64,000 nucleotides of DNA from the NCBI GenBank assembly GCA_963667725.2, contig CAXXHO010000005.1:64001-128000 (forward strand). The letters run 5' to 3'. The position numbers and the translations under genes are program-made. The notes under the pieces are model-generated. The model did no database searches and was not told where the DNA came from. It was given only the letters and a program-made list of their open reading frames with translations. Each line of letters begins with the position of its first letter. Position 1 is the first letter of the stretch. Positions 10,519 to 20,691 of this stretch are shown here, one piece after another. The DNA is from Treponemataceae bacterium. Lineage in GTDB: Bacteria; Spirochaetota; Spirochaetia; Treponematales; Rectinemataceae.

Positions 10519-11352
10519 TTGGGCGCATTTGAAAACGCTGGCCGATTCATTCTGTTGTTGTCTGTGCCATTGGCACTGAGCTATGCCGAAACCGGGCCCA
10601 CCCGCACCCCTGCGCGATCGGCTCAGGGTGTAGGGGCCGCCTCCAGCAGCGTCCAGGCAAGCGTGTTCCCGAGAATCGTCTGCGGTAACGGATGGGACAC
10701 CACCGCTACGCTGTTCAACACTGATTCCTCGCCCGTGACGTTTCAGCAGTTCTTCTTCGGCAAGGACGGCAAGCTCACCACCTTCACAGTCCGTTCCTCG
10801 GCTGATGCCCAAACAACCCTGACCACCTCTGCGGTGCAGGGTGTCCTCGAATCGGGATCGAGCCTCTCGATGGGGCTATGCAACTCGAGTAATGCCGTTC
10901 GCGAAGGCTGGTCGTACTTGAACTACACCGGCACCGCCGGTGCCATCGATGGGTACACGACCATCACCCACAAGGCTCTGAGCGGCGCCCGCTCCGAAAC
11001 CGTCATCCCCTTGAAGAGCAGCCAGGATTATTCGGTCCTCATGCCCTTTGACAACACGCAGGGCTTCAGAAGCCAGCTGACGCTCGTGAACCCGGCTTCA
11101 AACCTGGCCGCCGAGGTTCGCCTGACTTATCGAACGCCCCAAGGCAAGACGCTCTTCTTCGACGTGGTGACCATTGGCGCGGATCAGCAGACGACTCTGG
11201 TGCTTCCCGACATGTATCCGGACCTGGCGAACAAAACCGGCTCGGTGCTGATCGAAGGGAACATCGACCGTCTATCGGTCTCCGGTCTGCGCTACAACGA
11301 TCTCGACGGAACCATCAGTGCGCTTCCGACGATGCATCCGAGCGCGCAGTAG
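10519..11352 (+). CDS. Secreted hypothetical protein (two-lobed beta-rich domain)
   Basis: Signal-like N-terminus; VFPRIVCGNGWDTT..LFN and MPFDNTQGF..LTLVNP lobes; coding-like codon pattern. Confidence 0.7.
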   Translation: MGAFENAGRFILLLSVPLALSYAETGPTRTPARSAQGVGAASSSVQASVFPRIVCGNGWDTTATLFNTDSSPVTFQQFFFGKDGKLTTFTVRSSADAQTTLTTSAVQGVLESGSSLSMGLCNSSNAVREGWSYLNYTGTAGAIDGYTTITHKALSGARSETVIPLKSSQDYSVLMPFDNTQGFRSQLTLVNPASNLAAEVRLTYRTPQGKTLFFDVVTIGADQQTTLVLPDMYPDLANKTGSVLIEGNIDRLSVSGLRYNDLDGTISALPTMHPSAQ

Positions 11353-11635
11353 TAATCTTTCAGCCCAACTTTACGCGCGGAAAAGTGTCTTACCGTACCC
11401 GGCATTTTGCCGTACAAATTACCAATGGCTACGGCAAGCTATCCAATTGATTGCGAGGAGCTTAACCCCAAAAACCAGGTCGATGTACGGCAATCCCTTT
11501 ATGTTCCACTACGCGACCTCCGCAGTGCTCCACCACCGCTGTTCCAGAAACTCCCGTTACTCTTTGGAATCTGCTGGAATTCGTTGTTAATACCTGGATT
11601 TCTTTGGAAGGGTGAAAGATCTCGCCCAAAACGTG

Positions 11636-11670
11636 AGCGCCCGGCGGGCTTTTGGAGTCCGCCGGGCGCT
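11636..11670 (-). terminator. Intrinsic terminator-like hairpin after the giant minus-strand gene
   Basis: agcgcccggcgg / ccgccgggcgct 12-bp stem 28 nt past the stop at 11699, followed by cacgtttt on minus strand. Confidence 0.65.
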
Positions 11671-11698
11671 TCAGGTTTGAATCGGGCTCAATTCCGGT

Positions 11699-14600
11699 CT
11701 ACTTCGATGACGCCTCGATCGCCATCGTGACCGTATTGCTCAGGGATCCCGTCCGGTGCTGCGGCGGTCCCCGCTTGATCGTCTCCGACGGGGCGTAGTG
11801 CGAATCGGCCGGCGCCATCCGCACACCCGGCGCACGGCCTCCGCCCCGCGACGCGTCTCCGGTCGTGAGACCCAGGGTGACCGGAATCGCATCGCCCGTG
11901 GAAACGCCGTAAGGCACCGTCGCGGTGATCTGGTAGACTCCCGCCATCCCCGGAATCGCGTCCACGGAAGTAATCGTGGCCGTCAAACCGCCGATCTTCA
12001 GCGAGAGCGATTGCCAGTTGGAAGGATCGATGCCCGTCGCGCGAATCGCGACCGCGTCTCCGATCTGTGCCGGCTGGCCGGATACCAGATAGTTGCGTGC
12101 CATCGCGGTCAGAGAAGTTCCGCTCAGCACGATAGCGCCCTGGCCGCCGCCCGATCCGTCCATTGAGAACAACGCGGGGGACACGGAGTTCATGACCGTC
12201 TGCACCGCTTCCGCCGCTCCAGAATCGGTCTCCACGGAAAGATTGAGGCGAGTTCCCGCCGCGACGTTGGGGCAGACGAAGTCGACCCGATCCTGAGCCG
12301 CATACACGAGCGGAACGTAGGCGTCGTTGACCTTCACCTTGGCCCCGTTCAACGCGAGAGCCGTCCCGGTGCTATCCGTAACGGGATCTCCCGGTGCGGA
12401 GAGCCAACGGCCCCACAACGTGGCGAGCCCATTGGGTCCGCATACCGGCTGCACCAACTGACTTGCCGTGTTCCGGATGTCCGTAACGATGGGCTTGCCG
12501 GAATCCACGTGAATCGTGACCTGGCCGTTCGAGGAGGCGCCCAGAGAATTGGTCGCTACAAACGTAACGTTGTAGCTGCCCTGCTGGTTCTCCGCGGGCG
12601 TCCATGAGAACTGTCCGGTTCCGGCATCGAACACTGCTTGAGCCGGCAGATTCTGAGCCGAAAGCGTGACCGTCAGCCCGCCCGGGTCGACCGCGCTAAC
12701 CGAGAACCGCAGTTCCTTCCCAAACACGGTATCCGCACCATCCGGCACGACCAGGACCGGCGCTCCCGCCGGCGTGATCGCGATCGTGGTCTTCACGATG
12801 GTCTGACCGAACTGCACCGAGATATCCGAGTTCTGCTGCCCGGCGACGCCCTGTGCATAGATCATGAAGCCGAGCTGCGTCTGCCCGGGGCGCGTGATCA
12901 TCGAAGCCGGCACCTTGACGTCCGGGCTGCTGCTCGAAACCGCCAGGTGAGCCACTTCGGGAACGTTGGGCGAGTTCAGACCGACCTGGCAATCGAGCCA
13001 GCCGCCCGCCTGGACGGACCCACCCGAACAGAGCACCGAAATCGGGCCGGATGCCTATGATCGCAAGCGCGGTGGTTCGTACTGACCCCATGGCCGTCGC
13101 GCTGATCTGCGGGTGAATATCCTGGTCCGAAGCGATCACCTGCACCGAGAACCTCGCCGATTGGCTCCCGGCCGGGACCTGCACCTGAGCCGGAACCTGC
13201 AACCGCGAACTATCGGCCTGGAGCGTTACCGTCAGCCCGTCAACCGGCGCCGCCTGTGAGAGTTGCAAAGTGCAGGACAGCGTGCCGACATTCGCCAGAT
13301 CCGGATTGCACGAGAGCGCCGAAATGCCGGTCTGTCCCGTGCCTGTCAGGGAGATCGTTGCATTCTGGGAACTACCGCCGTAGGCTGCGGAGACAATCGC
13401 CGAACCGTTGGTGGAAATGCTGCCTGCCGTGGCAAGGAAAGTGGCACTCCGTGTCCCGGCCGGAATTGTCACGCTCGCCGGCACTGTCAAGAGCGCTGAA
13501 TTACTGGAGAGCGCTATGGTGCTGCCGTTCCCCGTAGCCGCGCTCGCAAGTGTGACGGTGCAAGTGGACAACTCACTGGAGGCCAGCGTTGCCGGCGTAC
13601 AAGTCAGAGACGTGATGGCCGGGGCCGTGAAGAGCACGCTCACAGTCGTCGTTCGGGAGTCGCTATTGTACGTGGCGGTAATGGTCGCTGTCTGATCGGA
13701 GGCCACGATGCCTGCCCGCGCCGTAAACGTGGCCGTCGAAGAGCCGGCGGATACCAGCACGCTCGCCGGGACCGTCAGCGCCGCCAGGCTGCTCGAGAGT
13801 GACACTACTGCGCCGCCGCTCCCAGAGGCCTTCGACAGCGTCACGGTGCAACCGGTTGTACCTTCCTGCCCAATGCTTGAAGGACTGCAGGTCACGTTAC
13901 TGACCTGTAGAGGAGCCACGAGCGCGATTGACGCCGTCTGCGTGTTTCCATTCAGAGAAGCTGTGATGGTTGCAGTCTGATCGCTGCCCACCGTACCTGC
14001 GGTGGCTGTGAACGTCGTGACTGCGCCTCCGGCGCCAATCGTCACACTGGCCGGAACCGTCAGGGTAGCGACATTGCTCGAGAGTGAGACCACCGCACCG
14101 CCGCTGGCCGCCGCCTTCGTGAGCGTTACCGTGCAGGTGGAGGTTCCGGTGGAACCCAGGCTCCCTGGATTGCACGAAATCCCGCTCACCAGAACCGGCG
14201 CCACCAGCGAAAGATTCGCCGTTTGCGAACTACCGTTCAGGGACGCGGTGACCGTGACCGTCTGGTCGCTACTCACCGTACCGACCGTTGCCGTGAAGGT
14301 CGCGGTGGAAGATCCCGATGTCACCGTCACGCTACCGGGGACCGTCAGGGTGGCCGCATTGCTTGAGAGCGATACCGCGGTTCCGCCGGGGGCCGCTTTC
14401 GACAGCGTCACCGTGCAGGTTGCCGCTGCGGAGGGGGCCAGGCTCGTCGGATTGCAGGAAAGACCGGTCAGTTGAGCCGGTGTAGCCAGCGAGATATTCG
14501 CCGTCCGCGTACTGCCGTTCAGGGAAACCGTAACCGTAGCCGATTGGTCGGAGCTGACCGTACCGGCTGTGGCGGTGAAGCTCGCGCTGGAGGATCCCGA

Positions 14601-17489
14601 CGCCACCGACACGCTACCAGGCACCGTCAAGGTTCCCACGCTGCTCGAAACCGATACTGACACGCCGGTTCCGGCCGCTTTGGTCAAGGTCACCGTGCAA
14701 CTGGAAGTCCCTCCGGTGGTCAGGCTCGTGGGGTTGCACGAAACGCCGCTCACTTGAGGCGGAGTCACCAGCGAGATGTTCGCGGTTTGGGAACTGCTGT
14801 TCAGCGAGGCGGTAATGGTGGCCGTCGTGTCGCTGCTCACCGTGCCCGCCGTTGCCGTGAAGGTCGCGGTCGAAGAGCCGGATGCCACGTTCACGCTGCC
14901 CGGAACGCTCAGCGTTCCGGAGTTGCTCGAAAGCGCCACCGCCGTGCTACCCGACGCTGCCTTGGTCAGGGTCACTGTGCAGGTGGACGTTCCCGACGTG
15001 CCGAGGCTCGACGGGCTGCACGAAACCGCGCTCACCTGGACCACCGCTACCAGCGAGATGTTCGCGGTACGGGTGCTGCCGTTCAGCGAGGCGGTAATGG
15101 TCGCCGTCGCGTCGCTGCTCACCGTTCCGGCCGTCGCTGTGAAGGTCGCGCTCGAAGAGCCGGAGTTCACCGTCACACTGCCCGGAACGCTCAACGTCCC
15201 GGAATTGCTGGAGAGACCCACGGAAAGTCCGCCGCTACCGGCCGCCTTCGATAAGGTCACCGTGCAACTGGAAGTCGCGGCGGTGCCCAGGCTTGCCGGA
15301 GTGCACGACAGGCTGCTTACCGCGGCCGTCGTCACCAGAGAGATGCTTGCCGTTTGCGTACTGCCGCTATAGGACGCGGTGATGGTGGCGGTCGCGTCGC
15401 TGCTCACCGTGCCCGCCGTTGCCGTGAAGGTCGCGGTCGAAGAGCCGGAATTCACCGTCACGCTGCCCGGAACGTTCAAGGTTCCGGAATTGCTGGATAG
15501 CGCTACAGTCGCACCAGTCGATTTGTTCAGCGTTACCGTGCAGCTCGATGTTCCGTTGCTCAGCAAGCTGGTCGGATTACACGAGAGGCCGGTCACCTGA
15601 ACCGGAGTCACCAGGGAAATATTCGCAGTCCGGCTGCTGCCGTTCAGTGACGCCGTGATGGTGGCCGTCGTGTCGCTGCTCACCGTGCCTGCCGTTGCCG
15701 TGAAGGTTCCAGTTGTGGATCCGGAAGTCACCGTCACGCTGCCGGGCACACTCAACGTCCCGGAGTTGCTCGATAGCGACACGGACCCGCCGGTCGATTT
15801 GTTCAGCGTCACCGTGCAGCTTGAGGTTCCCGTGCTCCCCAGGCTTGTGGGACTGCACGATAGCCCGCTCACTTGGATCGGGCTAACGAGCGAAATATTG
15901 GCCGTCTGCGAACTGCCGTTCAGCGATGCCGTCACCGTAGCCGTTTGATCGCTCGTGAGCGTGCCCGTCGTGGCGTTGAACGTCCCCGTAGTGGAACCGG
16001 ATGCTACCGTCACCGAAGAAGGCACAGACAATGCGCCCGCATTACTCGAAAGCGATACGGTCCCGCCGCTGGATTTGGACAGCGTTACCGTGCAACTGGA
16101 TGTGCCCGAACTTCCCAGGCTCGTCGGGCTGCAGGAAAGCCCGCTTACCAGAACCGCGGCAACCAACGAAATATTCTGGGTGCGGCTGCTGCCGTTGAGC
16201 GACGCCGTAACCGTGGCGGTCTGATCGCTGCTCACCGTGCCCGTCGTCGCCGAGAAGCTGGCCGACGTAGAACCGGAATTCACCGTTACGCTTCCGGGCA
16301 GCGACAACGATCCGGAATTGCTCGACAGCGATACGGTCCCGCCGGTCGATTTGTTCAGCGTCACCGTGCAACTGGATGTGCCGGAACTTCCCAGGCTCGT
16401 CGGGCTGCACGAAAGCCCGCTCACCTGCACTGGAGTGGTCAGCGAGATATTCGCCGTTGCCGTGGTGCTGTTCAGCGATGCCGTGATGGTCGCGGTCTGG
16501 TCGCTGCTCACTGTCCCCGCGGTGGCCGAGAAGCCGGCCGTAGTGGAACCGGAGTTCACCGTCACACTTCCGGGCACAGACAACGATCCGGAATTGCTCG
16601 ACAGCGCCACGGTCCCGCCAGTCGATTTCGTCAGCGTTACCGTGCAGCTGGACGTCCCGTTACTCGACAGACTGGTTGGATTGCACGAAAGGCTGCTCAC
16701 CGCGATCGGCGCTACGAGCGAAATATTGGCGGTTTTCGTGGTGCTGTTCAGCGATGCCGTGATGGTCGCGGTCTGATCGCTCGAAATCGTCCCCGCAGTG
16801 GCCACAAACGTCTGACTGGTGGATCCGGAGAGCACCGTCACGGAAGATGGCACGGACAATGCGGCAGAGTTGTCCGACAGCGACACCGAGACATTCCCGA
16901 CCGCGGCGGCGCCCAATGCCACTGTGCAACTGGATGTGCCATTGCTGTTCAAAGAGGTAGGGCTGCAGCTCAAGGAGCTGAGAGTCGCCGGGGGTATGGT
17001 CGCGGTAATCGTACCGCCGGAGCCGCTGACGCTCAGGTTCCCACCGGTGACCGAACTTCCAAGGGTATCGGACAGGCCGATCGAAGTGCTGCTTACCGTG
17101 GAGGCAATCGTTACGGAAACGGCGGCCACAACACCGCTCGGAATCGCCGTATTGTTGAACCCCGCGAGGATGCAGAAATAGGATCCCGAGCTCGCCGAGC
17201 AGCTCAGAGACTTGCCAGCGCCGGCGGCGGCCGAACCGACTGTGGCGCTAATCGACACTACGTCGGCAGGCGTATAGGTGAGTCTCCATTGCAATGCGGC
17301 CGGTTCGCTGCCACTAGGAGCGCTGAGGTTGAGGGCCAGGGACGCGGTTCCCCCCTGTGCAACCGTGGCGGACGAGAGGCTGAGAGAGTCCTGGGCCAAA
17401 AGCGGCGTCCCGAGCAAGAGGGCACCTACCATTACCAACCAGCACCAAATCTGCCCGAACAGCGGCCGAACACGCATCTCGAAGTTCAC
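11699..17489 (-). CDS. Giant surface protein: cohesin-like N-domain, ~15 Cys-pair Ig-like repeats, putative Ig domain, TIGR03437-type C-terminal domain; frameshifted at ~13044-13046
   Basis: ORFs 12696..17588 and 11699..13036 join if one G is removed (IRPISVLCSGG..DC continues the repeat). C-domain motifs RNTAS, VPLVYA..RVDF, PALFSMDGSGGGQG, GVYQI..VP. GTG at 17489 follows AGGAGG. Confidence 0.85.
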
Positions 17490-17870
17490 TGCAGGAGACC
17501 TCCTCATCCGCGATTTCCAACTGGGCCCCGTGACTACACACCTACTCCGACCACCCAAGTCCCAACTTACGAAGGGGCTTCCGGGCATTCAATACTCACT
17601 TCCGAACGAGGCTTGCGCCTCTCGAAAGTTGATGGCCAGCTCAGTAATTCCCCCGAGCTGGAGTAACAATAGGGGATATGAAACTGGAAGGATTGATATC
17701 GAACTAGTACCTGCAAGTTCCAAAAATCGACTGAAGCTGCCATCCCGTCCGCCCCTTGTCTGGACAAAAATGGCTCACTTACTCCCCTGTGGGGTTGCAG
17801 CCCACAACGGATGCTTGCGCAGTGCCGATTGGACATTGCAGGTTCTTCGACTGGTTGTGAAACAGGGCTC

Positions 17871-17888
17871 TAGCAACATTCATGCCAA
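17871..17888 (-). promoter_or_regulatory. Sigma-54 (-24/-12) promoter candidate for the giant surface protein
   Basis: Minus strand TTGGCATGAATGTTGCTA matches TGGCAC-N5-TTGCW with exact GG-N10-GC spacing, ~380 nt upstream of the start. Confidence 0.65.
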
Positions 17889-18235
17889 TCAACAAACGCA
17901 ATAGAATGAATGATTAACGGATACGTACGATAAAATCTACTTGGTAGAAATGTGCTTCTACCGGCGTTTATTTCTCAGTAAGCTTTCTGGGGTCCCTGCA
18001 CACCGAGTCACCTTCGTTTACTCAGCTGTCTGCGTAAATTGGGTACGCACGCTATGTTCGTTGGGCAACTAATGGGCGCTGCGGAAGGGGTTATTCCCGC
18101 CGAAGCAGAGCGGGGTTAATAAGAAATCCCTGAATACGCACTGTATGCTGAGGATTCTAGCGATTTTCGTAACTGGATTACCGCAGAGGTTACACGTTCA
18201 ACCTCAGCGCTGTTCACACTGGGGAGATCAAAAAG

Positions 18236-18619
18236 ATGAGTCGAGTTGCCCTCGGAGCCGCTCCGATCAAGCGCACGTGTGCGCGCTGCGGAGCTTATTT
18301 TATCGCCGCGGAACGGAAGTATGCTTGTCCCGATTGTCGTAAGCCCAAAAGCGACGATGCCGATTCCGCACCGGAAGGCCGCCCGCTCACGTTCCGGCAA
18401 CAACAAATCGCCGAACTGATTGGACAGGGGAAGTGCAACAAGGAGATCGCGTATACCCTGCACCTCACCGAGGGCACCATCAAGGAATACGTTCATCATC
18501 TGTTTCGGAAGACGGGAGTCACCAATCGAACCGAGCTGGCACTCCAGCTGGTCAGGAAAGATGTGGAGCGGCTAACCGCGCGCCTGGCGGCTTATGAGCA
18601 TCGCCCGCGGGCGCGATAG
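18236..18619 (+). CDS. LuxR-type HTH regulator with N-terminal zinc ribbon
   Basis: CARC..CPDC, then LTFRQQQIAELIGQGKCNKEIAYTLHLTEGTIKEYV..NRTELA. Confidence 0.88.
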   Translation: MSRVALGAAPIKRTCARCGAYFIAAERKYACPDCRKPKSDDADSAPEGRPLTFRQQQIAELIGQGKCNKEIAYTLHLTEGTIKEYVHHLFRKTGVTNRTELALQLVRKDVERLTARLAAYEHRPRAR

Positions 18620-18670
18620 CGCTTCCCCGCCCCGGCACGCTGGGCGTCGGCATTTTAGCGAGTCTGGTCG

Positions 18671-18910
18671 TCAGAAACGGGTTTTGTCCTGCCGGAGCCT
18701 GATGCCCGACAATGCCTCCGGCGTTCCCGCACCGGCGCCCGCCACCATCTCCTTCGAACGTTCCTCCAGGATTGCGATCGCCTCTACACGCGGATGCCAG
18801 AGGTTCGTTTCCGGATCCTTATAGATGATCCAGCCGCGCTCATTGACCCGATATGACCAGCCCGCCTCGACCATCTTCTGATGGGTGATGCTGGGTTTAA
18901 CAAATTCCAC
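18671..18910 (-). CDS. Small hypothetical protein
   Basis: 79-aa ORF with globular-looking sequence (GWSYRVNERGWIIYKDP); no family recognised. Confidence 0.5.
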   Translation of the reverse strand: MEFVKPSITHQKMVEAGWSYRVNERGWIIYKDPETNLWHPRVEAIAILEERSKEMVAGAGAGTPEALSGIRLRQDKTRF

Positions 18911-19021
18911 GGTTAAAGTTGTACGCCCATTCAGGGCGACCGTCCAGGCGGGGTGGGTACCAGTCGGGTACCACAGGGCGCGAGCATTTTCGAAGGTGCG
19001 CGACGTTTTGCGAGCTGCCGC

Positions 19022-19549
19022 TTAGAGGTAGCCTGCCGCTCTCAAATCGTGTTCGAACGTGGCCAGGGCCATCACGAGCGTGAGCGGTTTATCGGTCAGT
19101 GGCACCGCGCCATAGCTCTCGTACCATTTGGCCGCACGCTCGTCCTTGGCATCGATGATGAGCAACACGCCGCCGACATCGGCTGCGGCTCGCAGGCAGC
19201 GGCGTGCCGCTGCGAGGAGGAGTTGGCCGCCGAGGCCTCGCCCCTGGAACCGCACATCCGTCGCGAGCCGCGCCAGTCGGAACCCCGGCACCTCATGTTT
19301 CGCAAGGCCCTGTCGCAGCTTCTTCGGCGCATCGGCATACGTCACAGAGCCAGGAGCGAGGCTATAGAAGCCGAGGATCGTCTTACCGTCCCCGGTGTCG
19401 ATGGCAAGAAAGGTCTTCGCACCCCCAAGCTCGTGGCTCTGGCGCGCGTAGTGTTGCAGGAAGTCATTCATGGCGGCATTGCCGCAGTCGAACGACTTCC
19501 TGTCATGCCTTCTATCTATCGGCTCTTCGTGCCAGTCCGGGAGCCTCAT
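19022..19549 (-). CDS. GNAT-family acetyltransferase toxin (TacT/AtaT type)
   Basis: FDCGNAAMNDFL, GFYSLAPG, LARLATD..QGRGLG, IIDAKDERA..WY; overlaps DUF1778 gene. Confidence 0.92.
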   Translation of the reverse strand: MRLPDWHEEPIDRRHDRKSFDCGNAAMNDFLQHYARQSHELGGAKTFLAIDTGDGKTILGFYSLAPGSVTYADAPKKLRQGLAKHEVPGFRLARLATDVRFQGRGLGGQLLLAAARRCLRAAADVGGVLLIIDAKDERAAKWYESYGAVPLTDKPLTLVMALATFEHDLRAAGYL

Positions 19550-19851
19550 GCCTTTCGGTGCTTCGCCCCACCTTGCTTCGGCTTAGGCATCGCCGCGATC
19601 GCCGCCTGCAGTTTCGCATTCGGCTCAGGCGGGTTTTCGAGCAAGCTTAGGACGAGAAGACTATCCCGCTCGGAGAGGACCGTGCGTTCCGCTTCGTCGA
19701 TGACAATTTTGGCTTCACGCAGAGCGTTTTGCACGACGAAGTCGGTCAGGTCTGTATTCCTGAGCGCCGCGGCGCGCATGAGCATCGCCTTTTGCTCCGG
19801 GCGCACCCGGAGGTTCATTCGCTTGTTGTCATCAACGGCCACCCTTGGCAT
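19546..19851 (-). CDS. DUF1778 (TacA/AtaR-type) antitoxin
   Basis: RMNLRV..EQK..RAAAL..LTDFV..LSERD..LLENPPEPNAKL. Confidence 0.92.
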   Translation of the reverse strand: MPRVAVDDNKRMNLRVRPEQKAMLMRAAALRNTDLTDFVVQNALREAKIVIDEAERTVLSERDSLLVLSLLENPPEPNAKLQAAIAAMPKPKQGGAKHRKA

Positions 19852-19868
19852 GCGAACCGCTTCCCTTC

Positions 19869-19889
19869 TGTACTCATTAAAAGTGTACA
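19869..19889. promoter_or_regulatory. Putative operator of the DUF1778/GNAT operon
   Basis: TGTAC-N11-GTACA inverted repeat overlapping a TACACT -10 on the minus strand. Confidence 0.55.
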
Positions 19890-19922
19890 CGAAAGGCCGG
19901 CTGAGCGTTCACAGGCGGCTCA

Positions 19923-20351
19923 CTAGGGTTCCAGGATGAGCGTCTTGACCGGGTATCGCGAAAATCCCTTGTCGAAAGTCACCAGAGTGGCTTCATTGAC
20001 CGACGCGTAGGCCGCCAAATAAGCATCACCCCAGACATTGCAGGCCGCCTGAGGAATGTCTGAGTAGTCTTTGAGCAACCCATCGAGAGCCGGCCATTCC
20101 GGGAAGAAGCAGACCCGCGCATCCGTCTGGAGGGTCTCGAAAACCTCCCAGGCCTCACGGTTCGTGAGCGGATTGCCTTTCATGGTCGCTGTGCTGGTGA
20201 GGTGGCGCAATAAACCGAGTTGAGTGAACCGGCAAAACCCGACCGCGTCCGAACGATCCTGGTTCCACCAGGCGCTGGCTGCGCGATTGAAGGCGTGGCG
20301 CTCCACCACAATGGCAAGCCAGACGTTGATGTCAGGAAAACAGGATGTCAT
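19923..20351 (-). CDS. vapC: VapC PIN-domain toxin
   Basis: FPDINVW, DAYLAA, LVTFDKGF. Confidence 0.9.
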   Translation of the reverse strand: MTSCFPDINVWLAIVVERHAFNRAASAWWNQDRSDAVGFCRFTQLGLLRHLTSTATMKGNPLTNREAWEVFETLQTDARVCFFPEWPALDGLLKDYSDIPQAACNVWGDAYLAAYASVNEATLVTFDKGFSRYPVKTLILEP

Positions 20352-20565
20352 AGATGTCGTCGTGGCTTGGGTTGACCGGCTTCCCGCCGCCGCGGACCAA
20401 GGGGACCTGCACGCGGCCGCGAGCCACACCCTCCATGGCAACCTCGCGCTCTAGAGAAGACAGGATGAGAGCGCGTGCCGAGCAGCCGCGACGGCGAGCA
20501 GCCTCGTGGATGCGGCGGTGCAGCTCCTCGGGGAGATCCAATGAGGTGCGAATCGTCCGAGGCAT
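20332..20565 (-). CDS. vapB: VapB-type ribbon-helix-helix antitoxin
   Basis: RTSLDLPEELHRRI..A; directly upstream of and overlapping vapC. Confidence 0.85.
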   Translation of the reverse strand: MPRTIRTSLDLPEELHRRIHEAARRRGCSARALILSSLEREVAMEGVARGRVQVPLVRGGGKPVNPSHDDIYDILFS

Positions 20566-20571
20566 GCTTTC

Positions 20572-20600
20572 AGGGTAGTTTGTGACTTACGTTAAGTCAA
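20572..20600 (-). promoter_or_regulatory. vapBC promoter with operator inverted repeat
   Basis: TTGACT-N17-TACCCT, 6 nt before ATG; perfect IR TGACTTA-cgt-TAAGTCA at 20583-20599. Confidence 0.7.
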
Positions 20601-20691
20601 ATCGCAGGATAATATTCCTTATCAAGCTTCCGACAAAGGCGCAAATTGCGCGACCGCGCACAACCGCATTTCGTACAGCTAGGAGGAAAAA

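Noticed and set aside
2860..17000. Invertible or diversity-generating system between the two oppositely oriented repeat genes
   Set aside because: Repeats are similar at protein level but diverged in DNA; no long identical inverted repeats, adjacent invertase or reverse transcriptase seen.
13256..17904. Many repetitive plus-strand ORFs (MVAV..TVPAVAV), and their minus-strand equivalents at 2683-7863
   Set aside because: Antisense shadows of the Ser/Thr/Ala-rich repeat genes.
18953..19939. 328-aa plus-strand ORF
   Set aside because: Antisense to the well-supported DUF1778/GNAT pair.
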